DNA of 64,000 nt, taken from the sequence record PQ015378.1; one strand, given 5' to 3'. The notes beneath the pieces are model-generated. The model did not search any database and was not told the DNA's origin. It saw only the letters and a list, made by a program, of their open reading frames with translations. Positions within the stretch are counted from its first letter, which is position 1; each line of letters starts with the position of its first letter. This document shows, in pieces, positions 8,427 to 17,274 of the stretch. The position numbers were made by a program, and so were the translations under genes.

Positions 8427-10085
8427 ATGGGTCGTAAACGCAATTCTTTCCGTGAGCGCAACACTGAAGGCTCGCCACTACCGCTGTCCGCACAACTGGC
8501 TGCAGCCACCGAAGCGGCGCCTAAAGAAGCCGATGGCTCTGTCGACTACGTCAAAGCCTGGACCGCCGATGCAGTTGATCCGGTCGGTGAAGATCTCGGT
8601 GATGTGACCACAGGTCTGGCAGAACAACTACCAGATACCGAAGGCAACCGTATCGAATACGCTGAAACTACCAGCGAACAAAAAGCAATCATCTGGCTGC
8701 TCAAGAATGACCTGCCGAAAGCAAGTCGTTGGGCAACCGCTCTCGCCAACGAACCGGAACGTCTGATCTATGATCTCTTCTCTGAAGCAGAACTTGAATA
8801 CACTGGGGTTGACTTCGCAGGAGATGATTTCTCTACGGCTACGGTTTGGGCAGAAGACAAGTACACTGAGTACCTCGAAACTCTCACCGAAGGAGCTGAT
8901 GTTCGTGAACCAGATCCGATCGACACCCCAGAAAACTGGAGTGATGACACACTCCCAGTGGAACCGTCCACTCCTGAGCGCGATCCGCATGCTGAAGAAA
9001 AAGCACGCTATTACGCTGACCTGCGAGTCAAGCACCTCATTCCAGACAACTGGTCAGACGCCGCCATCGACAAATGGGTCGAGCTCGAAGGATACAACCA
9101 CGGAATGACCGACCGCGGTAACTTCGTGGTAGACCCGACTCGCTTCGGCGAGAAAGGTCTGGATACCTACACCACGACAGAACTGCTCGATGCCATCCAG
9201 GGCAAGCTCTACGATGACTACTCGGACGTAGAAGCCAACATCGCTACGATCTATCGTCAGCGTGAACCAGTTGATGCTGCTTGGTCGAGCCGTGACCTGA
9301 TCGACTTCCTACAGCAGGGTCTGGAACCAATCAAGGTTTCTACCGGTGCGTGGAAGAACGATGTTACCCGTGCACGGCGTATGGCACAGGACTGGACTAC
9401 TCAGGAACTCCAAGCCTGGGTTAAAGGCGAGATCACCACCGGTGGTGAAACCACCGACCAGAAAGTGGCCATCGAAGTCAACAAACGTTTCGACCTGGGT
9501 GTGGTACAAGTCACTCCGGCAGACATCCGTCGGGTTTACGAGAAACTTCACAACAATGCTGTGAAGATCGTTGGTGTGCCGAAGACGGCAGATACCCCGA
9601 CCAACCTGCAACCAGAACCAGCTCCAGTAGCTGAACCAGCAACCGTAATCCCACAAGGGCTGACTGCCATGAATGCTGCCTACCTGAAAACCCAGACCGA
9701 GCGTTACGCCACCGCGTGCAAACCTGGTCGTCCGATCACCGCAGAAGCCGGTGCCAAAGAACAACGTGAGCTGGACAACCTGTTCCGTTACATCCTGAAG
9801 ATCGAAGATCCGGCTGGCTTCGGCAATGCCATGGGCTTCATCCGGGACTTCTTCAAGAAGAACCGTGATGGTCTGTTCGATCCGCAGTACGCCTTCCGCT
9901 TTACCGGCACTCTTCGTACCGAAGGTGCCATCCAGGAAACCCATGTCAACCTGCTGAACATCCTGCAGGTTTACACCGACGACAACAAAGCGGCTCGTAA
10001 GCAGATCGATCTGCCTTACCTGCTGTCGAAGTTCCCAGCTGAGCGCCAAGCCTGGCTGCTGGAATTCTTCCAGCGCTACTGCTAA
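8427..10085 (+). CDS. Hypothetical protein with internal Trp-containing repeats (gp81 position)
   Basis: 552-aa ORF with strong phage codon bias and GAGGA SD. Confidence 0.75.
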   Translation: MGRKRNSFRERNTEGSPLPLSAQLAAATEAAPKEADGSVDYVKAWTADAVDPVGEDLGDVTTGLAEQLPDTEGNRIEYAETTSEQKAIIWLLKNDLPKASRWATALANEPERLIYDLFSEAELEYTGVDFAGDDFSTATVWAEDKYTEYLETLTEGADVREPDPIDTPENWSDDTLPVEPSTPERDPHAEEKARYYADLRVKHLIPDNWSDAAIDKWVELEGYNHGMTDRGNFVVDPTRFGEKGLDTYTTTELLDAIQGKLYDDYSDVEANIATIYRQREPVDAAWSSRDLIDFLQQGLEPIKVSTGAWKNDVTRARRMAQDWTTQELQAWVKGEITTGGETTDQKVAIEVNKRFDLGVVQVTPADIRRVYEKLHNNAVKIVGVPKTADTPTNLQPEPAPVAEPATVIPQGLTAMNAAYLKTQTERYATACKPGRPITAEAGAKEQRELDNLFRYILKIEDPAGFGNAMGFIRDFFKKNRDGLFDPQYAFRFTGTLRTEGAIQETHVNLLNILQVYTDDNKAARKQIDLPYLLSKFPAERQAWLLEFFQRYC

Positions 10086-10116
10086 CATAAACGCCTCCCT
10101 TCGGGGAGGCTTTATG
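10086..10116 (+). terminator. CATAAA-hairpin-TTTATG element
   Basis: GCCTCCC-TTCG-GGGAGGC stem extended by CATAAA/TTTATG immediately after the stop. Confidence 0.75.
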
Positions 10117-10154
10117 CCATTATCCTTTGTATACAAACACACCTGGGTGCAACA

Positions 10155-11411
10155 ATGAACGAACAACTATTATCTTCCATCCCAAGGGGTGAGGAAGAAG
10201 ATGATCACTTGCTCCCCTTTCCGGAAGGGACTCCATTTAAGGGGGTTGTGAGATCGAAAGACTTCATCAACGGGCTGGCGTTAGCCCAGCAGATTGGTTT
10301 AACTAAAGGGACTCCAATCAACCATAATTCAGGTTGGCTACACTACACTGAACCTAATGGCTACAATATTTTCATTGCCAAGAAAGCATTGCGTAACAAT
10401 ATCTCGTGGCAGGAAATTGCCGCAGCTCAGGAAGGAAAAGAAATCACTATTGGAGGTAAGACCTTTACAGTGCAGTTCATTTCTGGTATGCGTCGTCCGA
10501 ACGGCGGGGTTGGTGTTGCGGATGGCGGGGGTCAGTGGGATCGTTACCTCTATAACGTTTACGGCGGGGAACTTATGAATGCCTTACCCGCCACTCGTGA
10601 AGTATGGGGTAGTTACACGGAAACGATGTTGGGACTTACGCCAAAGGGCATAGCTACCCCAGTAGCCGGTTCGTACACGTACGTTAAGGAAACCGTGGCA
10701 CAAAATGCCACTTCTCATGCCACCCGTGGACATTTACAACCAACCAATGCTAATCAACCAAACATCATGGGCGTGTGGTGGGGTGATGTAACGCATAACA
10801 GTTTCCATTATGGCTGGCGCCCTATGTTGGTTGAAAAGGGTACCACCCCTCCTGAACCGATTACACCCTTCAAAGGCGAGATTGCCCAATCTGATTTCAT
10901 CACAACGCAAGCACTTCGCACACTCTGTGGCCAAGTCGGTGGGTCGGTGTTCAGTACTGAGCCGTGGTTGAAAATCGTGGAGAATGGGGTAACTTACTAT
11001 ACACCTAAGAAAGCTTTGGTGAATGGGCCGGTCAGGGAAGAACTTAACCGTGACGGTTTGGTAGACGGTACCAAAGTGGTCGAAATTCGGGGTAAGCTAT
11101 ACAAGGTAAGGTTGATGACAGGTCGCACGGCTGCCGTATCCCAAACAACCGGTGGTGAATACCTCCGGTGGATCAGAGCACTGACTGATGGGACATGGGC
11201 GAACTACACCGGTACCGAACTGCAGTTAGGTGGGGGTGAAGGTATGCCTGCATCGTTTATACACGTTGCCGAAGAAGACCCACGTAACAGATGGGCTCTT
11301 TGTGGCTATCCAGGATTATTGGGTGCGTGGTACCAGCCGCCCGGACAGGCACAAAACGCACTCTATGGTTGGCGCCCAGTGTTGGAAGAAGTGGAAGGAC
11401 TAATTGATTAA
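10155..11411 (+). CDS. Virion/tail-tip structural protein with two tandem modules (phiKZ gp131-135-like family)
   Basis: Two modules each starting PFKG..(S/Q).DFI and ending GWRP(M/V)L.E; AKK.L and GG.W/Y motifs. Confidence 0.7.
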   Translation: MNEQLLSSIPRGEEEDDHLLPFPEGTPFKGVVRSKDFINGLALAQQIGLTKGTPINHNSGWLHYTEPNGYNIFIAKKALRNNISWQEIAAAQEGKEITIGGKTFTVQFISGMRRPNGGVGVADGGGQWDRYLYNVYGGELMNALPATREVWGSYTETMLGLTPKGIATPVAGSYTYVKETVAQNATSHATRGHLQPTNANQPNIMGVWWGDVTHNSFHYGWRPMLVEKGTTPPEPITPFKGEIAQSDFITTQALRTLCGQVGGSVFSTEPWLKIVENGVTYYTPKKALVNGPVREELNRDGLVDGTKVVEIRGKLYKVRLMTGRTAAVSQTTGGEYLRWIRALTDGTWANYTGTELQLGGGEGMPASFIHVAEEDPRNRWALCGYPGLLGAWYQPPGQAQNALYGWRPVLEEVEGLID

Positions 11412-11549
11412 CCAGAGTCTGGTCCAGGTTCCAAGTATCTACTACGGGGTGACGAACAATCCGGTTACTTCGGTTCAGTCTACGATGGACACATTCGACT
11501 GGCTGCATTAGAGCAGCGGCATATTAGCCTTCCCCGAGGGGAAGGCTAA
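11412..11549 (+). pseudogene. In-frame remnant of a third module after the stop codon
   Basis: After TAA 11409-11411 the same frame reads PESGPGSKYLLRGDEQSGYFGSV, the typical module opening of this family. Confidence 0.55.
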
Positions 11550-11554
11550 TATGC
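11519..11554. terminator. Bidirectional hairpin GCATATTAGCCTTCCC/GGGAAGGCTAATATGC
   Basis: Long perfect inverted repeat at a convergent junction. Confidence 0.75.
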
Positions 11555-11959
11555 CCTTTCGTTCAGCAGTTCACACAAAGCTCTGGCTTGAGACACTCCA
11601 GTGTTAGCAAACTTATCCGATAGCGTGTAATCGTGATGCTCACATGCTTCGGCCAGTTCACGCATTAGTTCTGGGTTTAGATCTGCCCACTCGGCCCAAA
11701 GCTTCTTGTACTCAACGTACATGTCTTTGGACTTATCGACTGGAGGCTTACCCTTACCCAGTTTCCAATCTGAAGATCCAGGTGCGATACCTTTCACGTC
11801 ACATTGGTAATGCGCTTCGATGGTGCGACCATCAGGCATTAGAGCGAACATCGCCGAGAAACGTTTGTCTCCTTGCGATGAACACTCATACCCGTCATAC
11901 CGCTTCCACTGGTACACTCTTCTTTTCGGCTGGCTTCTCGTACAGAGCAGAAGCTGCAT
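11546..11959 (-). CDS. NADAR-like protein (putative); real start may be GTG 11917
   Basis: FSA...DGRTIEAHYQCDVK, GKGK and WADLNPELMREL resemble the NADAR E..YQ..K and NP.L..L patterns. Confidence 0.5.
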   Translation of the reverse strand: MQLLLCTRSQPKRRVYQWKRYDGYECSSQGDKRFSAMFALMPDGRTIEAHYQCDVKGIAPGSSDWKLGKGKPPVDKSKDMYVEYKKLWAEWADLNPELMRELAEACEHHDYTLSDKFANTGVSQARALCELLNERAY

Positions 11960-13853
11960 CCACAGTTGGTTCGGCTTGACCGATGTGAACCATGAATGCT
12001 TTCAGTAGCGAATCCATACGAGGAGCTTCCATGACCTTCTGAGTAATCTCGATAGAGTTCACTCGCCCTGCAGTCAAGTTAACACCAGCCTCCCGACGAT
12101 ACAGTTCCGATACACCCTTAATGCCACAGAACTCCATCACTGTTGTTTCACGTGCGATGTTGAGAATCTGAGACACGTTCGGATACGTCGATACAATGTC
12201 GAGGTCAGCTACGTGTGCGAAGATCAATGTGTGATAGTTCGGTAGATCCTTCACACATCGTAAACCGTGTTGTCCCGCCATGAATGACGGTAGCGTCACG
12301 ATCCAGTCTTTGTGAGACACCACGTACTGGTCTAGCTCGTGAACCATCTGATCGGAAGAACTACCGATCACCTGACCACGCTTCAGATACCAGAAGTGCA
12401 TGTCGTCAACCAGACGCTTCGGGTTAGACGAGAAGTTCTTATAGTCCGAAGACTTCGAGAACAGAGTAATCGAACGACCCAAGTCATCGATCTTCTCGTC
12501 GAGCTGTTCCAGACGCATGCTGTCAATGATGTTGTAAAGACCGTACTTGATCTTGTGCTTGGTTTGCATCTCACGGTGCCATTCGATACCGTTGAGGTTA
12601 GCCACAGCCTCGAAGTTCAACTTACCGAAGTCTACGATCAATTGAACCTTATCGCCGATCTTTGCTCCATCCAAGCAGTGTGCTGGCTCATCATTGATGT
12701 ACCAGTGAGGATACGAACCAGGCGTCTGGTTGATCTTCTTCTCACACTTATCCAGGAACTTCTGAAGATCACCATCCTTCTTGAGGACGGACTCTTCATC
12801 AACGCTCAGCTCCTTACGCAGGATGTAATCCAGGGCATAAGAAGGCTCTTTACCCTTAGCCAGTCGAGTAACTCGATACGTCGACATCGAGTCGATACAT
12901 TGGAAAGTTGCCGGAGCAGTAATCCAGTGCCACTGGTCTTGAGGGCCTCGCGATTTAGATACACCAGAAGCGGTGACCATCATCGCCTTGTCTTCCTTAT
13001 AATGGAAGAAGCGGAAGTTCTTCGGAACAGATTCATCCGAGAATACATCTTTCGGATCGATACCGTATTCTTTCAGAGTGTTCAGGATTCGACCCATGTC
13101 GAAGGAGATGTTCCAGAATGCGAAGAAGTCTGGCTTCCACTTATGCAGACGCTTGAAACACTGAATCACGATGTCAGCTGGAGTGTTCACCACTTCAACT
13201 TCAATGCTCAGATTACGCCCATGCATCAGCGCTTTCAGTTCTGGGAGATTCTCCATCTCACGATAAGTGTCACCGATTGGATCTGCGATATCACTCACCC
13301 ACTTCTTGAGGTACGCCAGATAGACGTTCTCTTTGTGAGTTACGGACATACAGATGATCTCGCCATCCTTATCGCTTTCGTACACGTTGGTTTCGATGTC
13401 ACCACCAGCTACCGTATTACGAGAGATCAGACCAGGATATCGGGTTTGGTAATCGTTCTTCAAGCAGCAAGTCGAGCTCACGTCAGATCCGTACAGATAC
13501 GGAGAACGAGCCAGCTTGCGGAGTTGTGGATTTGGACCCTGTGAGTAGTCACCCAGAATCTTCGCGATGTCACGAGCCATACTGACTTGTGTCGACGAAT
13601 ACTTCTGCAAGTTATCCAGCAACTCGTAATCTTTCTTTTCTGTGTGATTACGACGACCCTTCTGAGTCACGTACCAGCTACGCTTGTAGTCGTACCACGG
13701 GACCAGACGGCTAAAGTTCTTGCCGCCCTTCAAATGAACAACTTCTTTTACAAAGTGAGCATCATGTGCTTTACCGAATTGGTCGGCAACATACGTGATG
13801 TGCTTTGCTTCACGCCCAATCACGTCTTCCGGCTTGAATTCTGGGATAGACAT
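11895..13853 (-). CDS. Family B DNA polymerase, exonuclease and motif-A half of the split enzyme (phiKZ gp82-like)
   Basis: ExoI GDIET, ExoII FWNISFDM, ExoIII YNIIDS, polymerase motif A DLDIVSTYPN; motifs B and C absent. Confidence 0.88.
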   Translation of the reverse strand: MSIPEFKPEDVIGREAKHITYVADQFGKAHDAHFVKEVVHLKGGKNFSRLVPWYDYKRSWYVTQKGRRNHTEKKDYELLDNLQKYSSTQVSMARDIAKILGDYSQGPNPQLRKLARSPYLYGSDVSSTCCLKNDYQTRYPGLISRNTVAGGDIETNVYESDKDGEIICMSVTHKENVYLAYLKKWVSDIADPIGDTYREMENLPELKALMHGRNLSIEVEVVNTPADIVIQCFKRLHKWKPDFFAFWNISFDMGRILNTLKEYGIDPKDVFSDESVPKNFRFFHYKEDKAMMVTASGVSKSRGPQDQWHWITAPATFQCIDSMSTYRVTRLAKGKEPSYALDYILRKELSVDEESVLKKDGDLQKFLDKCEKKINQTPGSYPHWYINDEPAHCLDGAKIGDKVQLIVDFGKLNFEAVANLNGIEWHREMQTKHKIKYGLYNIIDSMRLEQLDEKIDDLGRSITLFSKSSDYKNFSSNPKRLVDDMHFWYLKRGQVIGSSSDQMVHELDQYVVSHKDWIVTLPSFMAGQHGLRCVKDLPNYHTLIFAHVADLDIVSTYPNVSQILNIARETTVMEFCGIKGVSELYRREAGVNLTAGRVNSIEITQKVMEAPRMDSLLKAFMVHIGQAEPTVDAASALYEKPAEKKSVPVEAV

Positions 13854-13943
13854 TTGATACTCCTACGTCGGGTTGAACACGTATGATTAGGAGCACGAGT
13901 ATTTCTCTGAAAGCCTTATCTTTATGATTAATCAAGTCACCCC

Positions 13944-15200
13944 ATGGGAAGCATTGTCATGCTGCAAACCTTTACAATTTCCAACGAGGTCATCTCTGTA
14001 GATGTCTCTCGTGAGCTGGGCAAACTGATCCAAGCTCAAGTCGCCAAGATGCGCCGCTCGTATGAAGTCGGCGGTAAAGTCGCTGAAGATACTCTGAAAG
14101 GCCTTTCAGATATCGTCAAGATGACTGGCCTGAACGTCGAGTTCATTTCTACCCCTGGTCCACACCCAGACGCTTGGATGATGACATTCATGTACTGGGG
14201 TCACCAAGGTACCACGTGGTCCAAGTACTTCCCTCAGGAAGCACGGACCTCCAAAGACGGCCTGAAGTACGTTACCAAAGTTGACCTGAAGAACCTCAAG
14301 GTCTCCGGTCCGATGGTTGATGAGCTCAAGTACAAATCGAACTGTGCTGAAGCCTTCTTCCGTCCATCGAACGAATTCACCGACGAAGAAATCACCGGCA
14401 TCATCCTTCACGAGATCGGCCATGCCTTCAACGTCTTCGTAACCCTGTCTGACTACATCTGGCTGAACTACATGCTCAGTGATGGTGTTGATGTCCTGCT
14501 GGGTAACAAGCGCAACGAATACAACCTGGAAGTTCTGGACCAGACCTGGGTAGAGAAGAACATCCCACCGAAGCAACGTGACGAATGGGCGAACAAACGT
14601 TCCCCTGAAAACATCAAGCGAGCGATCCTGTCCCTGTACAAGAAAGCCCCACGTCACTACCTGTACGAGAACCCTGGCTCTGCTCACATGCGTGAAGAGC
14701 AGATGGCCGATATGTTCGCCAACCGCCTTGGTTACGGTCGTTACATGATCAAAGGCCTGGACCGAATGTACAAAGCCTACGGCATGAAGACCGACTATCG
14801 TTCCAGCTGGGTCGGTAACCTGGTACGTGCAGCATTCCTGCTTGTCTTCCTCCCATTCACCTTGCTGTGGATGATCACTCTGACTGGTACCTGCGACATG
14901 GACTTCGGTGGTCGTTACGACGGTACTGTAGAACGAGTCGAGAAAGTCCGACTGGACCTGATCAACCAGCTGAAGACCATCAAGGATCGTACGATGGCTC
15001 CTGCTATTCAAGCAGACATCGAAGCTATCGATGAGATCCTGAAAGACTACCACAAAGGTACGAACCTCTTCGACTGGATCGGTCAATTCGTGTCGCCTCA
15101 GTTGCGCATGGAAACCAAGCTCAAGGTTCAAGAAGAAAACATCGAACACCTGCTCAACAACGACCTGTTCTATCAGGCTCACCGCTACCAGCCTAAATAA
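13944..15200 (+). CDS. Putative zinc metallopeptidase (HEIGH), probably virion-associated
   Basis: ILHEIGHAF plus downstream EEQMADMFA; one hydrophobic segment; first gene of the virion operon. Confidence 0.65.
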   Translation: MGSIVMLQTFTISNEVISVDVSRELGKLIQAQVAKMRRSYEVGGKVAEDTLKGLSDIVKMTGLNVEFISTPGPHPDAWMMTFMYWGHQGTTWSKYFPQEARTSKDGLKYVTKVDLKNLKVSGPMVDELKYKSNCAEAFFRPSNEFTDEEITGIILHEIGHAFNVFVTLSDYIWLNYMLSDGVDVLLGNKRNEYNLEVLDQTWVEKNIPPKQRDEWANKRSPENIKRAILSLYKKAPRHYLYENPGSAHMREEQMADMFANRLGYGRYMIKGLDRMYKAYGMKTDYRSSWVGNLVRAAFLLVFLPFTLLWMITLTGTCDMDFGGRYDGTVERVEKVRLDLINQLKTIKDRTMAPAIQADIEAIDEILKDYHKGTNLFDWIGQFVSPQLRMETKLKVQEENIEHLLNNDLFYQAHRYQPK

Positions 15201-15211
15201 GGAATACAACC

Positions 15212-15649
15212 ATGCGTACTGGTTTCCTCATCGCCCGCATCATGAAGGAGCTTCGTTCTCCTTCAAACAACGACCGTCTGGCTCGCGCCATGTTCGTCGC
15301 CAACGCCGTTGGCTATCACGTTCCACTGAACCTGTCTGTGACTGCGCAGGAATGCGCTGACGCACACATGTCATTCTTCCGTGGTATCTGTGGCTCAGTC
15401 AACGAAAACCTTTCCCTGGACACCAAGAAGGCTCAGGACGTGTTCCGTGAGATCATTCGCATCCGTTACGAACTCGTGAACGGTGTGATCGATCCAGCGA
15501 TCGTTCAAGCAGCCCTCTGCTCCAGCTCCGCCCAAGACGGCCTGACACGTGAAGAGTTCTCGATGTCGGAATGGCTGGCATCGCGTCCAGACTTCATCCG
15601 TTGCCAACTGGAAATCGCGGACGTCCTGAAACAGACCTCCGAGGCCTAA
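15212..15649 (+). CDS. Hypothetical/virion protein
   Basis: ORF with AAGGA SD inside the virion operon. Confidence 0.65.
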   Translation: MRTGFLIARIMKELRSPSNNDRLARAMFVANAVGYHVPLNLSVTAQECADAHMSFFRGICGSVNENLSLDTKKAQDVFREIIRIRYELVNGVIDPAIVQAALCSSSAQDGLTREEFSMSEWLASRPDFIRCQLEIADVLKQTSEA

Positions 15650-15652
15650 CGT

Positions 15653-15949
15653 ATGTTTACCAGCGGCATTCCCCGGATTACGAAGGACTACGTTGCAGGA
15701 TTGATTGTGGACGAGCACGTTCGCTACATCCCTGAGACGCGCACCACAATCTGTTCGGTCCGTTTGGTAAACTCGCAGACAATCACTGAATCTGCTACGT
15801 GTGGCGCAGACCAAGAATACGACCCGATCAAGGGTCGTACTGTGGCCCGTCGTAAGGTACTGAACGAGATCATTCGATACGAGCATTACCTACAACGTCA
15901 ACGTATATACGAAGCCGAAAGAGAACTGAAACATGGACCAAGAAATTGA
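15653..15949 (+). CDS. N4 gp49/Sf6 gp66-family protein
   Basis: TTICSVRLVN...ESATC...YDPIKGRTVARRK pattern. Confidence 0.6.
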   Translation: MFTSGIPRITKDYVAGLIVDEHVRYIPETRTTICSVRLVNSQTITESATCGADQEYDPIKGRTVARRKVLNEIIRYEHYLQRQRIYEAERELKHGPRN

Positions 15950-17240
15950 AAACCCACTGCTGCCCGATCCAGCAGTTACGTCCCCGGATGTAGAGGCAAC
16001 TCAGTCCGAGGTTACTACTGATCTGCTGACAGATCCAGTGGTTGACTACCCGATCGAAAATACCGGTGAGATGATCGAACTGGTAAATGACCCAGCCCCT
16101 CAAACCATCGACGTGATTCCTGCCGACATCGCTCCAGCCATGGCTGTGGCTGTAGAAGCAATCGACACGCTGCTGGACATGCACGCTACCATCCGAATGA
16201 AGGGCGTAAGCTCTCACGATATGGAAGGCCTCAAGTCTCTCAACCGTCGACTGGTCGAACACAACCTGCACATGCCTTCTGCTGGTCTGGAAGATTACGG
16301 CTACTTCACCCCTGAACGGTCCCTGCTGAACAAACAGGTAAGTCTGGAGTCGATCACCAAAACCATTCTGGAAACCATCAAGGCCTGGATCCGCAAGTTG
16401 GTGGAACTGGTCATGCAAGGGTATCGTTGGGTCAAAGGCCTGAAACAGAAACACGCTGTCCTCGACCAACAACTGGTCAAAGCTCGTGACGTTCTACTCG
16501 GTGTTCGTAAGATCTACGGTCAGATGAAAGTCATCAACTCTCCGATGGGCGCTGAAGCTTCTCGTCTGACTGCTGAACTGACAACTACCGCTCTGGTTAC
16601 CGGTCCTCTGGAACGCAACAAACTGACTCTGTATGGCTTCTCTCAAGAAGGTGCAGAGAAGGCAGTCAAGAATCTGTTCGCCTCTGCCAAAGCTACTTCG
16701 GAATCCATCGCCACTCGGGTTAATAACCTGGCTGACCTGATGGGTAATAAAGAGATCCCGTCTGATGATGGTCTCTGTGGTCTGCAGGATCTGGCATCGT
16801 TGGTTCAGTCGGTTGATGAGATGACTGTGATCTCTGACGATCCAGACTACCTGGCGAAAGAACTCGGCGTTGACTTCTGGGAAGGCGTAGAGAAGTTCCG
16901 TAAGGTAACGGTCATCGACTTCGATGAACTGGTCAAGTACTACGGTTCTACTGCCGATGCTCTCGGTCGTATCCGTACGATCAAGATCGATGATGTGACT
17001 CAGGCAGATCGAGCTCAGACCATCATCAACCAGATCACCACGGCGGTGAATCAACTGAATAAGATCGTCAACTTCTTCAACCGCGCCGCACAAGCACAGG
17101 TTGCTGCAGCCAAGACTTACCGCGAGTACTACTCGCAAGCTGTGGAAGTTCTGATGACGGACTTCGTGTCGAAAGGCCCATCGGCCGATACGAAGAAAGA
17201 GATGAAACAACTCATCACTGCGATGCAAGCTCTGAAATGA
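15933..17240 (+). CDS. Head protein with propeptide (AGLED and VSLES cleavage sites)
   Basis: Acidic N-terminus, S/A/G-x-E sites followed by ETIKAWIRKL amphipathic helix as in the other head paralogues. Confidence 0.75.
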   Translation: MDQEIENPLLPDPAVTSPDVEATQSEVTTDLLTDPVVDYPIENTGEMIELVNDPAPQTIDVIPADIAPAMAVAVEAIDTLLDMHATIRMKGVSSHDMEGLKSLNRRLVEHNLHMPSAGLEDYGYFTPERSLLNKQVSLESITKTILETIKAWIRKLVELVMQGYRWVKGLKQKHAVLDQQLVKARDVLLGVRKIYGQMKVINSPMGAEASRLTAELTTTALVTGPLERNKLTLYGFSQEGAEKAVKNLFASAKATSESIATRVNNLADLMGNKEIPSDDGLCGLQDLASLVQSVDEMTVISDDPDYLAKELGVDFWEGVEKFRKVTVIDFDELVKYYGSTADALGRIRTIKIDDVTQADRAQTIINQITTAVNQLNKIVNFFNRAAQAQVAAAKTYREYYSQAVEVLMTDFVSKGPSADTKKEMKQLITAMQALK

Positions 17241-17271
17241 CATAAGGCCTCCCCGAAGGGAGGCCATTATG
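17241..17271. terminator. CATAA-hairpin-TTATG element at a convergent junction
   Basis: GGCCTCCC-CGAA-GGGAGGCC stem. Confidence 0.75.
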
Positions 17272-17274
17272 CCG

